From IMG/VR virus record IMGVR_UViG_3300021426_000009, positions 1 through 64,000 of that record: a stretch of 64,000 nt of DNA; one strand, written 5' to 3'. This DNA comes from a virus (lineage: Duplodnaviria > Caudoviricetes). The position numbers were made by a program, and so were the translations under genes. Positions 54,316-64,000 of this stretch are shown piece by piece; the stretch's first letter is position 1; the number at the start of each line of letters is the position of its first letter. The notes below the pieces were generated by a model. The model did not search any database. It was not told the DNA's origin and saw nothing but the letters and a program-made list of their open reading frames with translations.

Positions 54316-54707
54316 GGTCAGACGAAGACATAAAGACGGACATCTTCAAGTTCATCAAGGGATCTGAGCTGCATCGCTCGGTCAGCGGTAAGCTGAGCAA
54401 GAGGAAGAGGCCGAAGGGCTCCGACAAGGAGGACATCTTAATCTCCATCCTCGCCAACGAGAACGGACAGGTCCAGACGGCATACGTCAACGTGAACATC
54501 TATGTCAGGGACGTCAACGTCGACGGACAGGATGAGGAGGACACGCTCAGGATAGCCTCTCTCTCCACACTCGCAGACAACCTGCTTGGAGAGTTCTACG
54601 GACAGGAGTACACCCTCAAGATGCTCTCGCAGAGGGTACTGGAGGTTCCTGGAGCCGCAGAGCATGTGATAAACAACAAGGTAGAATACAAAACTTTAAA
54701 CGAATAG
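54312..54707 (+). CDS. tail terminator
   Basis: Synteny. Confidence 0.65.
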   Translation: MRSDEDIKTDIFKFIKGSELHRSVSGKLSKRKRPKGSDKEDILISILANENGQVQTAYVNVNIYVRDVNVDGQDEEDTLRIASLSTLADNLLGEFYGQEYTLKMLSQRVLEVPGAAEHVINNKVEYKTLNE

Positions 54708-54711
54708 AACT

Positions 54712-55167
54712 ATGGCAGTAAAGAAGCTTATCGGTTGGGGCAAGTGCTCGGTCAAGGACGGTACCAAGACCTATGATGACATCAAGGAGGGAACCGCCAG
54801 TCTGTCAGTAGAAGAAGGCAGCATCGAGGAAGCCCTCATTGAAGGTGGTGAGGCAGAGGCAACTCGCTCAATGCCCGACAAGTATATCCTTGAGTTCGAC
54901 CGTCGTATCGGTGCTGAGGCAGAGGTGACCCCAGGCTATACTGAGGATGCCGGTGACGTTATCATCACTCCTCCGACAGTCGGTGCCATCGGTGTCAAGC
55001 TGATGAACGTATGCCGTAAGATTACCCTGAAGGGTGACTCTACGGACGGTCTGATGGCTCACTACTGGTACAAGACCAAGGGTGCCCATGACGATAACGG
55101 CAACATCACGGATGTCGTTGCAGTCAAGAAGACCGCCACACAGAGCGGTTCGGGCACTGGAAACTAA
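54712..55167 (+). CDS. major tail (tube) protein
   Basis: Synteny; beta-rich, 151 aa. Confidence 0.65.
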   Translation: MAVKKLIGWGKCSVKDGTKTYDDIKEGTASLSVEEGSIEEALIEGGEAEATRSMPDKYILEFDRRIGAEAEVTPGYTEDAGDVIITPPTVGAIGVKLMNVCRKITLKGDSTDGLMAHYWYKTKGAHDDNGNITDVVAVKKTATQSGSGTGN

Positions 55168-55240
55168 AGATTCCTCCTTTCATTAGAGAGACGTGTGGAG
55201 AGACACCCCTTGGAAGTTCGGCAGGATAGAATTTCCGCAT

Positions 55241-55314
55241 GCGGAGATAGCTCAGCTGGTCAGAGCGTGGCAATTCCATTGTCAAGGTCGGTGGTCCGAC
55301 TCCACCTCTCCGCT
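55241..55314 (+). tRNA. tRNA-Gly(TCC)-like element inside the tail operon
   Basis: GCGGAGA/TCTCCGC-T acceptor, GCTC/GAGC D-stem, TGGCA-ATTCCAT-TGTCA, GGTGG-TCCGACT-CCACC (non-canonical T-loop). Confidence 0.7.
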
Positions 55315-55316
55315 CT

Positions 55317-56057
55317 ATGGATGAGAAGAAGACTAACATTGAATATGACATCGCAGACGTAGTGATCGGTCGCCCCTATGGATTCTCCGTAGGGAAAAAG
55401 CATTTCAATCTCTACCCAGTGACGCTTGCGAAGATGTACCTGCTGAAGAGGCAGATAGACAACCTCGCAATCGACCAGGCCATCCTGAAGGTGAACCCGT
55501 ACATGGAAGCCATCCGTCTGGTGAAGAAGGACAGGGAGACATGCTGCAGGATTCTCTCATACCATACAGCCCCGAACACATATAAGGATCTGTACGACCA
55601 GAAAGCCATCACCATCCGAAAGAACCTCTTCGAGAAGGAACTGACGGAAGAGGAGCTGGCAACCATGCTTATCATGTGTCTCACGTCGGACAAGTCAGAC
55701 CAGATAATGAGCCACCTCGGCATCGACAAGGAGAGGGAAAGGCTCTCCAGTGTCATGGAGGTCAAGCGCAGGAGCGACAAGAACAACGTGTCGTTCGGAG
55801 GACTCTCAGTGTTCGGGACATTCATCGGACAGCTCAAGGAGATGGGATTCACCACCGACGAGATACTGTACGAGAGGAGCTATGCGTTCCTGCGCCTGAT
55901 GCTCGCAGACAAGGTGACGTCGATATACCTCACCGACGAGGAGAGGGATCAGGTGTCTGCCCTGCAGATGGGAGGCGTGGACGCAAGCAACCCAGAGAAC
56001 GCAGACATGGTGCTCGCAGCCTTCAAGAACAAGGAGATACCCATCGAGGAGGAATGA
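55317..56057 (+). CDS. tail assembly chaperone
   Basis: Between the tail tube and tape measure genes. Confidence 0.7.
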   Translation: MDEKKTNIEYDIADVVIGRPYGFSVGKKHFNLYPVTLAKMYLLKRQIDNLAIDQAILKVNPYMEAIRLVKKDRETCCRILSYHTAPNTYKDLYDQKAITIRKNLFEKELTEEELATMLIMCLTSDKSDQIMSHLGIDKERERLSSVMEVKRRSDKNNVSFGGLSVFGTFIGQLKEMGFTTDEILYERSYAFLRLMLADKVTSIYLTDEERDQVSALQMGGVDASNPENADMVLAAFKNKEIPIEEE

Positions 56058-56123
56058 GCCCGAGTTAACGAAAGTAACAGCCCACACGCACGTGCGAGGC
56101 CATCACGATAAAAGAGAAGAACA

Positions 56124-59100
56124 ATGGCATTGAAGTTTGACATCGTAGGAGACAACCGCAATTTCCTTCAGGCGCTCGACCAGAGCGTTGACGGAGTCCA
56201 CAGGGCTTCGAGGGAGATTCAGCAGAGTGGCATGGGCATAGAGGATATGTTCAAGCGCATAGCTGCTGCAGCCGGTATTGCCTTCACGCTCGACCAGGCC
56301 AAGGGCTTCGTGAATCAGGTGATGACCGTCAGGGGTCAGTTCCAGCAGCTGGAGATAGCATTCTCAACCATGCTCCAGTCTGAGGAGAAGGCCAAGGAGC
56401 TGATGGATCAGTTGGTGGAGACGGCAGCCAAGACTCCGTTCGACCTGAAGGGAGTGTCAGAGGGTGCCAAGCAGCTGCTTGCATACGGCATTCAGGCAGA
56501 GGAAGTCAACGAGACGATAACGAGGCTGGGTGACATTGCGGCTGGACTCTCCATCCCTCTCGGAGACCTTGTATATCTTTATGGTACTACGATGACTCAG
56601 GGCAGGATGTTCACGATGGACCTCCGTCAGTTCATGGGTCGAGGTATTCCGATGGCCGAGGAGCTTGCCAAGCAGTTCGGGGTGGCCAAGGAAGAGGTGG
56701 CCGGACTCGTCACCGCAGGCAGGGTCAGCGCAGAGGCTGTCAAGAATGCCATCTGGGGCATGACTGAGGAAGGAACCAAGTTCGGTGGACTCATGGCGAA
56801 GCAGTCAGCAAGTATCACGGGTCAGATTTCGAATATTCAGGATGCCATCGACAATATGTTCAACGACATAGGACAGCAGAATGAAGGTCTCATCAACTCA
56901 GGCCTGAAGGGTGTGTCCTACCTCGTCGAGCATTATGAGGCTATCGGAAAGGTTCTCCTGCAGCTCGTTGCCATCTACGGAAGCTACAAGGCTGCCGTGA
57001 TAGCATATGTCGCCATACAGAAAGTCCATGCCACATGGATAGCCCTGGAGCAGACGGCACACCTTCAGAACGCTCTGGCCACGGAGGCTGAGATTGCAGC
57101 CAAGGGTAAGGCTACTGTCGCAACGGTAGTCCTCGACAAGGCTACCAAGGCTCTGAATGCCACGATGCTTGCCAACCCCTATGTGTTGGTGGCAGCCGGT
57201 ATCATGACGCTCGTAAGTGCCATCTACCTGTTCGGCAACCGAACGGACGAGGCAGCTGAGGCTCAGAAGAAACTTGACGAGGCCACAAGGGACCTGAAGT
57301 CGGAGATAGCCTCTGAGCGTGCCAATATAGACACCCTCTTCAACAAGCTGAGGAATGCCAAGGAAGGCACGGAGGAATACAAGAAGGTGAAGGATCAGAT
57401 TCTCGGCCAGTACGGAAAGTACCTGCAGGGTCTGAGTGATGAAATATCCACCCTGAAAGATGTGGAGGGTGCCTACAAGGCCGTCACAAAGGCTGCAAGG
57501 GAGGCATCCATCGCAAGGGGCAGGGAAGCAGCCCTGAAGGACGTTCAGGACACCTACGGCAAGAACTACGCATATAGCATAGAGAAGCTTCAGAACGCTC
57601 TCAACAGCCGTGTCGGAGGCAAGCAGGCTACCGATGCGCTCACCAAGATACAGACTGAGCTTCAGAAGACAGGAACCATCAGCGCCAAGACGGAGCAGCA
57701 GATTAAGGAAATGTTCCGTGGCACTGCCGACTACGGCAACTCGGGAGCATGGCTTACAGGCCTGAAGAACAACGAGAAGTACCTGAATGACTACACCAGG
57801 CTTGTCGAGCAGAGATTCCAGTTCGAGGATGAGACAGGCAAGAAGGCCAATGAGTCCAAGAAGAAGAGGAACAAACAGGCCATCGAGGAGGAACGCAAGA
57901 ACCTTCAGGGTCAGCTTGAAGCCCTCGAGCAGTCGGAGGCCATCGGCAAGAAGGGTGCTGAACTGAAGAGGAAGATCGCTAACCTCGACAAGGAATTGAA
58001 AGCCTACAACACGTCGGGCAAGTCAGGCTCCAGTGCAGCCACAGATGCAGCAAACCGCAGGCAGAAGGAGTTCGAGCTCGACCTCAAGCAGACGGAATAC
58101 CAGGCTGCACAATCACGGGCAACCCGTGATGCCATTGAGCAGGCACGTATCGCTGCCATCAAGAATGACGGTGAGCGTGAAAGGGAGGCACAGGAAGAGC
58201 AGCATCGTCTGAACCTTCAGGCCATCAGTGACAAGGAGGAGGAAATGAAGAAGGCTCTCTATGCGTACAACAAGAGCGTATGGGAGAACCAGAACAAGAA
58301 CAAGAATCAGAAGTACTCGGACACAGAGGAAGGAAAGGCCGGCTGGGAGGCCGTCTCTCTCTCCGAGGACCAGATAAAGGAGCTGAAGGCACTCCGAGAC
58401 AAGGAGAATGCCGACTATGAACGCTCCATCCGTGACCGCTATAAGGAAGAGGCACGTCAGATGCGTGAGTTCCTGAAGCAGTACGGCTCGTTTGAGCAGA
58501 GGAAACTCGCTCTTGCAGAGGAATACAGCCAGAGGATAGCCGATGCACGCACAGAGGGTGAACGTCGCTCACTCAGGAAGGAGCAGGCACAGGAAGAGGC
58601 CAAGCTGCAGTTCGAGACCATTTCTATGGGCATCGACTGGAAGTCGCTCTTCAGTGGTGTCAGCAACCTGAACAAGCAGATGATGAAACCCATCATGGAC
58701 CAGCTGAAGGCCTACACCCAGACCGATGAGTACGCACGTGCCAATGCTGATACGCAGCAGAGGATAGCAGACCTCATCGTGGAACTGCGTACATTCCTCG
58801 GCAGCGACCATGATGCCACATGGCAGAACCTCGAGACGGCAATGAACGACTTCATGGCTTCCGTTGACAAGTACAACCAGGCCGTGGAGAATGAGAAGGA
58901 GGCCGTGGCAAGGCTCACCTCTGCGAAGACCCAGCTCGACAATGGCGAGATCAGTCAGGAGGAATATGACAAGCTGAAGAAGGAGACGGAACAGCTCGGA
59001 GAGGAGACGGCCAATGCCAAGGACTCTATGGGCAACTTCGCCAGAGCGTTGAACAACACTACGGATGAGGTGGAGCATTATACGTCAAGCCTCTCGACAT

Positions 59101-60824
59101 TCCTTAACAACCTGAAAGGCCTGAACGGAATAGAGGGCGGCAATGAGCTGAAGGTGGCCATATCCAACTTCGATGCCTTGAAGGGAGACTTCGATGCCAC
59201 CCTTGCAGGAATGCAGGATGGCACGACGAAGGAGATTGGCTCAGCCATTTCCAACGCTATCGGTGAGGGCATGAACTTCATCGGCAACGGACTGACAAGC
59301 ATCCTTGGCGAGGGTATCGGAAGCATCGTGCTCATAGTGGCACAGATACCGAAGCTGATTCTTCAGATTGTCGGAGCCATCAAGAACATCATCACAGGCA
59401 TCCTCGATGCCATCACGGAGCTTATCTCTCTCCGATGGATAGACGACCTGATTAACAGCATCCTCGATGCCATAGGCAATCTGATAGACACCATCCTTGA
59501 CCTGCCGGAGAATATCGCCAAGGTCATCGGTTCGGTGCTCGAGGGTGTCGGCGGTCTCGTCGAGGGAGTCCTCGGACGTGTAGGCAACATCGTCACTCTC
59601 GGCCTTCTCGACAGCAACTGGCTTTCGAACTGGCTGTTCGGTGACAACTCGGCATACGAGGCTGCCATAGACAAGTGGGGATGGCTGCTCGACACTTGGG
59701 AGGATAACCTCGAGTACGAGAAGAGCCTTATGGAGAAGGCCTACGGTGAGAATGCCATCGACATTCAGCAGTACACGGAAGGTATGCTGAAGAACACCAT
59801 GCAGGCAGCGCGTGAGGTCTATGAGGGATGGGCTGGCTCAGGTGCCGGTCTGTTCTCGCACTCCAACGGCTACGATGCTAACAATGATGCACGTTGGGAC
59901 TACCTCATAAAGTCGAATCCCGAGATTGCAAAGAAGCTCGGAGTCTACAATGTGCATACCAACTGGTTTGACTTCGTTGCTGGTGGAGACATTTCGAAGC
60001 TGTTCGACCTTGACTGGAAGGAACTCGATAAGCTGAAGCATGAAAACACCCAGTTCTGGCAGTCGCTGTATGAAGAGGCCAGGAACTACCTCGACCAGTA
60101 CATAGAGGCTGGCAAGGCCATCGAGGAAATTCAGAACACCCTCAATGAGCGTCTTACGACCACCACGAAGGAAAATGTGTTCGATGATTTCCTGAAATCC
60201 CTCTACGACCTCGCAGACGGTTCGGAGGATGTGTTCGACAACATTGCCGACGCATGGCAGAAGATGGTCAACAAGATGGTCATCAACAACCTTGTCGGCA
60301 AGCAGTTCCAGCAGAGCCTCGAGGAATGGTACCAGAAGCTCGCAGACATGCAGAGACAGCGTACAGAGGGCAACATGGATGACGAGTGGTATAAGGATCA
60401 GCTGGAGTCATTGAAGAATGAGTACAAGGGCTATGTGGAGGATGCACAGAAGCAGATAGAGGATCTGCGCAGCATGGGAATCATCAATGCATCGGGCGCA
60501 AGCAGCAGCAGCGAGTACTCTCAGGAAGCCTCCAAGAGAGGTTTCGCCTCGATGTCTCAGGACACGGGCGAGGAGCTGAACGGAAGGTTCACGGCCCTCC
60601 AGATAGCGGGCGAGAGCATCAACAATCAGGTGATACTCATCACCTCGCAGCTCGTGGCGATGGCAGAGCTCCAGACGGGATGCAACAGCTACCTTAGCGA
60701 GATACGCAACATGATGATACAGGGCAACTCGTTCCTCGAGGACATTGCCAAGTATTCGAAGAGGATATACCTTGACTTCCAGGAGAAGATCGAGGACATT
60801 GTAAAGAACACGAAAAATATGTAA
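56124..60824 (+). CDS. tape measure protein
   Basis: 1566 aa helical; AAKTPFDL..LGDIAAG..GIPMAEELAK tape-measure domain. Confidence 0.95.
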   Translation: MALKFDIVGDNRNFLQALDQSVDGVHRASREIQQSGMGIEDMFKRIAAAAGIAFTLDQAKGFVNQVMTVRGQFQQLEIAFSTMLQSEEKAKELMDQLVETAAKTPFDLKGVSEGAKQLLAYGIQAEEVNETITRLGDIAAGLSIPLGDLVYLYGTTMTQGRMFTMDLRQFMGRGIPMAEELAKQFGVAKEEVAGLVTAGRVSAEAVKNAIWGMTEEGTKFGGLMAKQSASITGQISNIQDAIDNMFNDIGQQNEGLINSGLKGVSYLVEHYEAIGKVLLQLVAIYGSYKAAVIAYVAIQKVHATWIALEQTAHLQNALATEAEIAAKGKATVATVVLDKATKALNATMLANPYVLVAAGIMTLVSAIYLFGNRTDEAAEAQKKLDEATRDLKSEIASERANIDTLFNKLRNAKEGTEEYKKVKDQILGQYGKYLQGLSDEISTLKDVEGAYKAVTKAAREASIARGREAALKDVQDTYGKNYAYSIEKLQNALNSRVGGKQATDALTKIQTELQKTGTISAKTEQQIKEMFRGTADYGNSGAWLTGLKNNEKYLNDYTRLVEQRFQFEDETGKKANESKKKRNKQAIEEERKNLQGQLEALEQSEAIGKKGAELKRKIANLDKELKAYNTSGKSGSSAATDAANRRQKEFELDLKQTEYQAAQSRATRDAIEQARIAAIKNDGEREREAQEEQHRLNLQAISDKEEEMKKALYAYNKSVWENQNKNKNQKYSDTEEGKAGWEAVSLSEDQIKELKALRDKENADYERSIRDRYKEEARQMREFLKQYGSFEQRKLALAEEYSQRIADARTEGERRSLRKEQAQEEAKLQFETISMGIDWKSLFSGVSNLNKQMMKPIMDQLKAYTQTDEYARANADTQQRIADLIVELRTFLGSDHDATWQNLETAMNDFMASVDKYNQAVENEKEAVARLTSAKTQLDNGEISQEEYDKLKKETEQLGEETANAKDSMGNFARALNNTTDEVEHYTSSLSTFLNNLKGLNGIEGGNELKVAISNFDALKGDFDATLAGMQDGTTKEIGSAISNAIGEGMNFIGNGLTSILGEGIGSIVLIVAQIPKLILQIVGAIKNIITGILDAITELISLRWIDDLINSILDAIGNLIDTILDLPENIAKVIGSVLEGVGGLVEGVLGRVGNIVTLGLLDSNWLSNWLFGDNSAYEAAIDKWGWLLDTWEDNLEYEKSLMEKAYGENAIDIQQYTEGMLKNTMQAAREVYEGWAGSGAGLFSHSNGYDANNDARWDYLIKSNPEIAKKLGVYNVHTNWFDFVAGGDISKLFDLDWKELDKLKHENTQFWQSLYEEARNYLDQYIEAGKAIEEIQNTLNERLTTTTKENVFDDFLKSLYDLADGSEDVFDNIADAWQKMVNKMVINNLVGKQFQQSLEEWYQKLADMQRQRTEGNMDDEWYKDQLESLKNEYKGYVEDAQKQIEDLRSMGIINASGASSSSEYSQEASKRGFASMSQDTGEELNGRFTALQIAGESINNQVILITSQLVAMAELQTGCNSYLSEIRNMMIQGNSFLEDIAKYSKRIYLDFQEKIEDIVKNTKNM

Positions 60825-60827
60825 GAT

Positions 60828-61289
60828 ATGCCAGCAGGACAGTTGTACATAAAGAATGCAAGCGGAAGCTATGTGGATGCCTACACGACATGGGGCATCA
60901 GCCTCACGGACAGCTCACTGGCCGCACTGATGACACCTCCTCCCATCAAGGAGCTGATAGAGAGCACCTACCGCAAGAAGGCAGGCAGGATAGTCATCAT
61001 GAAAGATGCGGTGTATGCAGACAGGGACGTAAGCCTACAGATGCACCTCACGGCTGCGTCGAAGTCGGAGTTCCTGAGCCGCTACCAGTCGTTCTGCAAC
61101 GTGCTGGCCAAGGGAAAGGTGGAACTGCAGACCACGCTCATGCCTGGTGTGTATTTCCGCTTCATCTATGTTTCATGCGTGCAGTTCTCGGAGTTCATGG
61201 GCAGGATGGCCAAGTTCTCCCTGAAGCTGAACGAGCCGGACCCGACGAACAGGGCGGCAACTGACAAGAATACGAGTTTTGTAGACTGA
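60828..61289 (+). CDS. distal tail protein
   Basis: Follows the TMP; KLNEPDPTNR motif. Confidence 0.7.
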   Translation: MPAGQLYIKNASGSYVDAYTTWGISLTDSSLAALMTPPPIKELIESTYRKKAGRIVIMKDAVYADRDVSLQMHLTAASKSEFLSRYQSFCNVLAKGKVELQTTLMPGVYFRFIYVSCVQFSEFMGRMAKFSLKLNEPDPTNRAATDKNTSFVD

Positions 61290-61293
61290 GGAT

Positions 61294-64000
61294 ATGGGAG
61301 TGCTTGAACTAAGGAGATTGGACGGAACGCTGCTCAGGAGCTTCAACGAGGTTCCCGAGGGTACTGTTGTTCACCGTGAGATAATGGGTGAGCACTACCT
61401 GAAGCTGCCCTTCACGACGAAGAGCCCGTTCTACCTGCGTATCGGTGACTATGTGAACACCGACTACGGCAAGTTCGAGCTGACGAAGCCATACAAGCCG
61501 AGATACAATACCCGTACCAGCGGCTATGACTATGACCTCCAGTTGGATGCGTACTACATGAAGTGGAAGAACAAGAAGGTACGCTACATGCCGGAGTACG
61601 GAGCCAAGGAGGTCACCTTCAAGCTGACGGCTAACATCGACACCCACCTGAACGTGGTGCTGAGGACGGTCAATGCCCTTGCCACGAAGGATGCGAACTT
61701 CAGGTACAACGGACGCAACTATGACGTGCAGCTGCTGAACTTCCCTGCCGACAAGCGCACGACCGCCAAGTACTACCTGTACGACAGGACGGACATCATA
61801 TCGGCCCTCGACGGACTGGCACAGCTCTATGACTGCGAGTGGTGGGTAGAGGACAACATCATATTCTTCGGCAAGTGCGAGATAGGATCTGACAGCATTG
61901 AGTTCAACATCGACGTGAATGTGGACGAAATGTCACGCTCGGAGTCCGACACGCAGTATGCCACGAGGCTCTATGCCTTCGGCTCGACACGAAACCTCCC
62001 ACATAACTACGAGGACGTTGGTGCAGACGTGACGGTGGACGGAGTGGTTCAGAAGCGCCTCCCCCTGCCTGCCAGCCTGTGTCCCAACGGCTATCTGCAG
62101 GACGTGCAGGTGAGGAACGAGACGGAGGCCATCGAGGGTGTGCTGGTCAACGAGGACATCTATCCGAAGGTGGAATGCGTGGTCGGAGAGGTCACAACCT
62201 ATGACTCTGAGGTCGAGGAGGATGACGGCACGACCACCAAGCAGACGTTCTACCGCCTGAAGGACTCGTCGGGCTTCCAGTTCAGCGAGGACATGATTCT
62301 CGAGGGCGAGAGCCTTCATATACTCTTCCAGTCGGGAAGCATGAACGGCATGGACTTCGAGTGCCACTACGATAATGAGGGCAAGTACTACGAGGTCATC
62401 GTCAACGAGGACTACGGACGTATGCTGCCGGATGCCACCCTGCATCCAGAGGTGGGCATGAAGTTCGTGCTGTACAACTGGGATGCGACGAAGATCGAGA
62501 GCACGGGTATCATCGAGACTGCCAAGAGAAAGCTCTTCGACTACACGTTCGAGTACCTGAAGGAGTCGAAGATAGACCCGTCGACATACGACTGCACCAT
62601 GAAGAGCGTATGGGTGTATAACGACGGCCTTCACTTCAGGACGTTCGACATCGGCTCGAGGGTCAGGCTCGTCAACGATGCCTTCTTCGAGGAGTCACGC
62701 ACGTCAAGGATAATAGGCTTCGAGATAAAGCTTGACAAGCCCTATGACACCCCGAAGTACACGGTCGGTGAGAAGGCTGCCTACTCACGTCGCAAGGACA
62801 TGGAGAGGCAGATAGAGTCCGTGACGGTCAACGGCAATGCCTATGCGCCATACAGCGGCTCTGGCATCGGTGGCGGTGGCGGCACTGGAGGCGGAACCTC
62901 CATATACGTCATCAAGCGCTACGACGGTGCCATCCCGTCCGACTACAACGTGTTCTCTGCCAAGCGTGCCCAGGATGAGTTCCTGAGCCGCAAGGACAAT
63001 GACACGGCACTGGGACACATCAACTTCAAGAAGGGCCTGACGGCAGAAATGCTCTCCAAGTTCATCGGAGGCGCATACTTCGGCACGTTCATAGAAGGCC
63101 TGAAGGGAGGAAAGATAGACGAGAACGGTGACGCTGAGCTGAACAACCTCATCGTGCGCCTGAAGGCCGTCATCAACGAGCTGAAGGTGCAGGGCAGGTC
63201 GGAGTTCGGTGACTCGCTGATGTCCGACGATTTCACGTCAGGCTTCATCGGAGGCAAGGGCTGGGCCATCATGAAGGAGAGGGTGCAGAACGCTCTGGGT
63301 GTCTATGAGAACAAGTACACGGGCGAGTTCGACAACCTCGTGATACGTGGCGCACTGAGGATATTCACTCTTGTGGTGAGCCAGCTGCTGGGCGAGAACG
63401 ACAACCGCATCTTCACGGCCATGCTCGAGGTGCACCACTACGACCCGACAACGGGAAGGGTGTGGTTCGACACCCGCAACGGCAAGCTGTACAACCCCTT
63501 CCGTGTGGGTGACTACATCATGGTGCAGCAGTACAACGGCATGCCGGACAGCTCCAATGAGTACTATGTGACGAAGCACTACGAGTGTGTGGTCACTGGA
63601 GCCGGACTCGGCAATATGTCGGACGGAGAGAACCGCCTTGACTGGGTGACCATCAAGAACTTCCTCTCTGCCGACGGCAAGCTGCCAAACGACGTCATCA
63701 AGAAGGGTGACACCTTCTGCCGTGTGGACAACGAGACGGACGCTGACCGCAAGGGTATCATCCAGATTATCACGGTTGGTGCGCAGACACCTTATATGGA
63801 TATTCACTACGGACTGAAGACAAGTCCGCAGGACGCTCATAAGGGACGTATCGGAAATCTGAAGGGCATCAACCACTATCTGTTCGGACAGCTGCAGGAC
63901 TTCGGTGCCTATCTCATCAACCTGTATGCGGTTGGTGACTTCCGTGTCAAGCGCACTGGCGAGAGCGTGGATGCTCAGATCGAGATGCTGAAGAACCAGT
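61294..64000 (+). CDS. large tail/baseplate protein, 3'-truncated (not in ORF track)
   Basis: MGVLELRRLDG...; read as an open frame ending ...ESVDAQIEMLKNQ at the window edge; TRLYAFGSTRNL motif. Confidence 0.85.
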   Translation, partial: MGVLELRRLDGTLLRSFNEVPEGTVVHREIMGEHYLKLPFTTKSPFYLRIGDYVNTDYGKFELTKPYKPRYNTRTSGYDYDLQLDAYYMKWKNKKVRYMPEYGAKEVTFKLTANIDTHLNVVLRTVNALATKDANFRYNGRNYDVQLLNFPADKRTTAKYYLYDRTDIISALDGLAQLYDCEWWVEDNIIFFGKCEIGSDSIEFNIDVNVDEMSRSESDTQYATRLYAFGSTRNLPHNYEDVGADVTVDGVVQKRLPLPASLCPNGYLQDVQVRNETEAIEGVLVNEDIYPKVECVVGEVTTYDSEVEEDDGTTTKQTFYRLKDSSGFQFSEDMILEGESLHILFQSGSMNGMDFECHYDNEGKYYEVIVNEDYGRMLPDATLHPEVGMKFVLYNWDATKIESTGIIETAKRKLFDYTFEYLKESKIDPSTYDCTMKSVWVYNDGLHFRTFDIGSRVRLVNDAFFEESRTSRIIGFEIKLDKPYDTPKYTVGEKAAYSRRKDMERQIESVTVNGNAYAPYSGSGIGGGGGTGGGTSIYVIKRYDGAIPSDYNVFSAKRAQDEFLSRKDNDTALGHINFKKGLTAEMLSKFIGGAYFGTFIEGLKGGKIDENGDAELNNLIVRLKAVINELKVQGRSEFGDSLMSDDFTSGFIGGKGWAIMKERVQNALGVYENKYTGEFDNLVIRGALRIFTLVVSQLLGENDNRIFTAMLEVHHYDPTTGRVWFDTRNGKLYNPFRVGDYIMVQQYNGMPDSSNEYYVTKHYECVVTGAGLGNMSDGENRLDWVTIKNFLSADGKLPNDVIKKGDTFCRVDNETDADRKGIIQIITVGAQTPYMDIHYGLKTSPQDAHKGRIGNLKGINHYLFGQLQDFGAYLINLYAVGDFRVKRTGESVDAQIEMLKNQ

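Noticed and set aside
55317-56123. Programmed frameshift in the tail chaperone
   Set aside because: No clear slippery heptamer or second-frame extension identified by eye.
1-64000. Stop-codon reassignment (as in some gut phages carrying tRNAs)
   Set aside because: Genes are intact under the standard code, TAG/TGA/TAA all end genes, and no suppressor anticodon is present.

Overview
A 64-kb stretch of a temperate, long-tailed (siphovirus-type) phage genome. The host is probably Bacteroidales (Prevotella-like), judged from TAnnTTTG promoters, no Shine-Dalgarno sites, a DUF3127-type SSB and a BACON domain. It appears to be the excised or circular form, because an intact attP (3' half of tRNA-Ser-GGA plus integrase arm repeats) has phage genes on both sides. 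Order: DGR (end of the target VR, MutS-like accessory gene, TR, RT); lysis; iteron/AT-rich origin-like region; small early genes; integrase/attP; immunity region; recombination/replication genes (including an acyl carrier protein); a PRTRC ubiquitin-like cassette; a cluster of tRNA and tRNA-like genes; a four-gene enzyme cluster; terminase; portal; MuF with a toxin-like C-terminal extension; head; tail (last ORF cut by the window edge). The most unusual element is the enzyme cluster just upstream of terminase: opine dehydrogenase, an amidoligase fused to MTase-like/GNAT-like domains, ParB-like, and ATP-grasp. It is a candidate undescribed DNA-hypermodification or peptide/opine ligation pathway. 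All family assignments come from recognised motifs; no database search was run.
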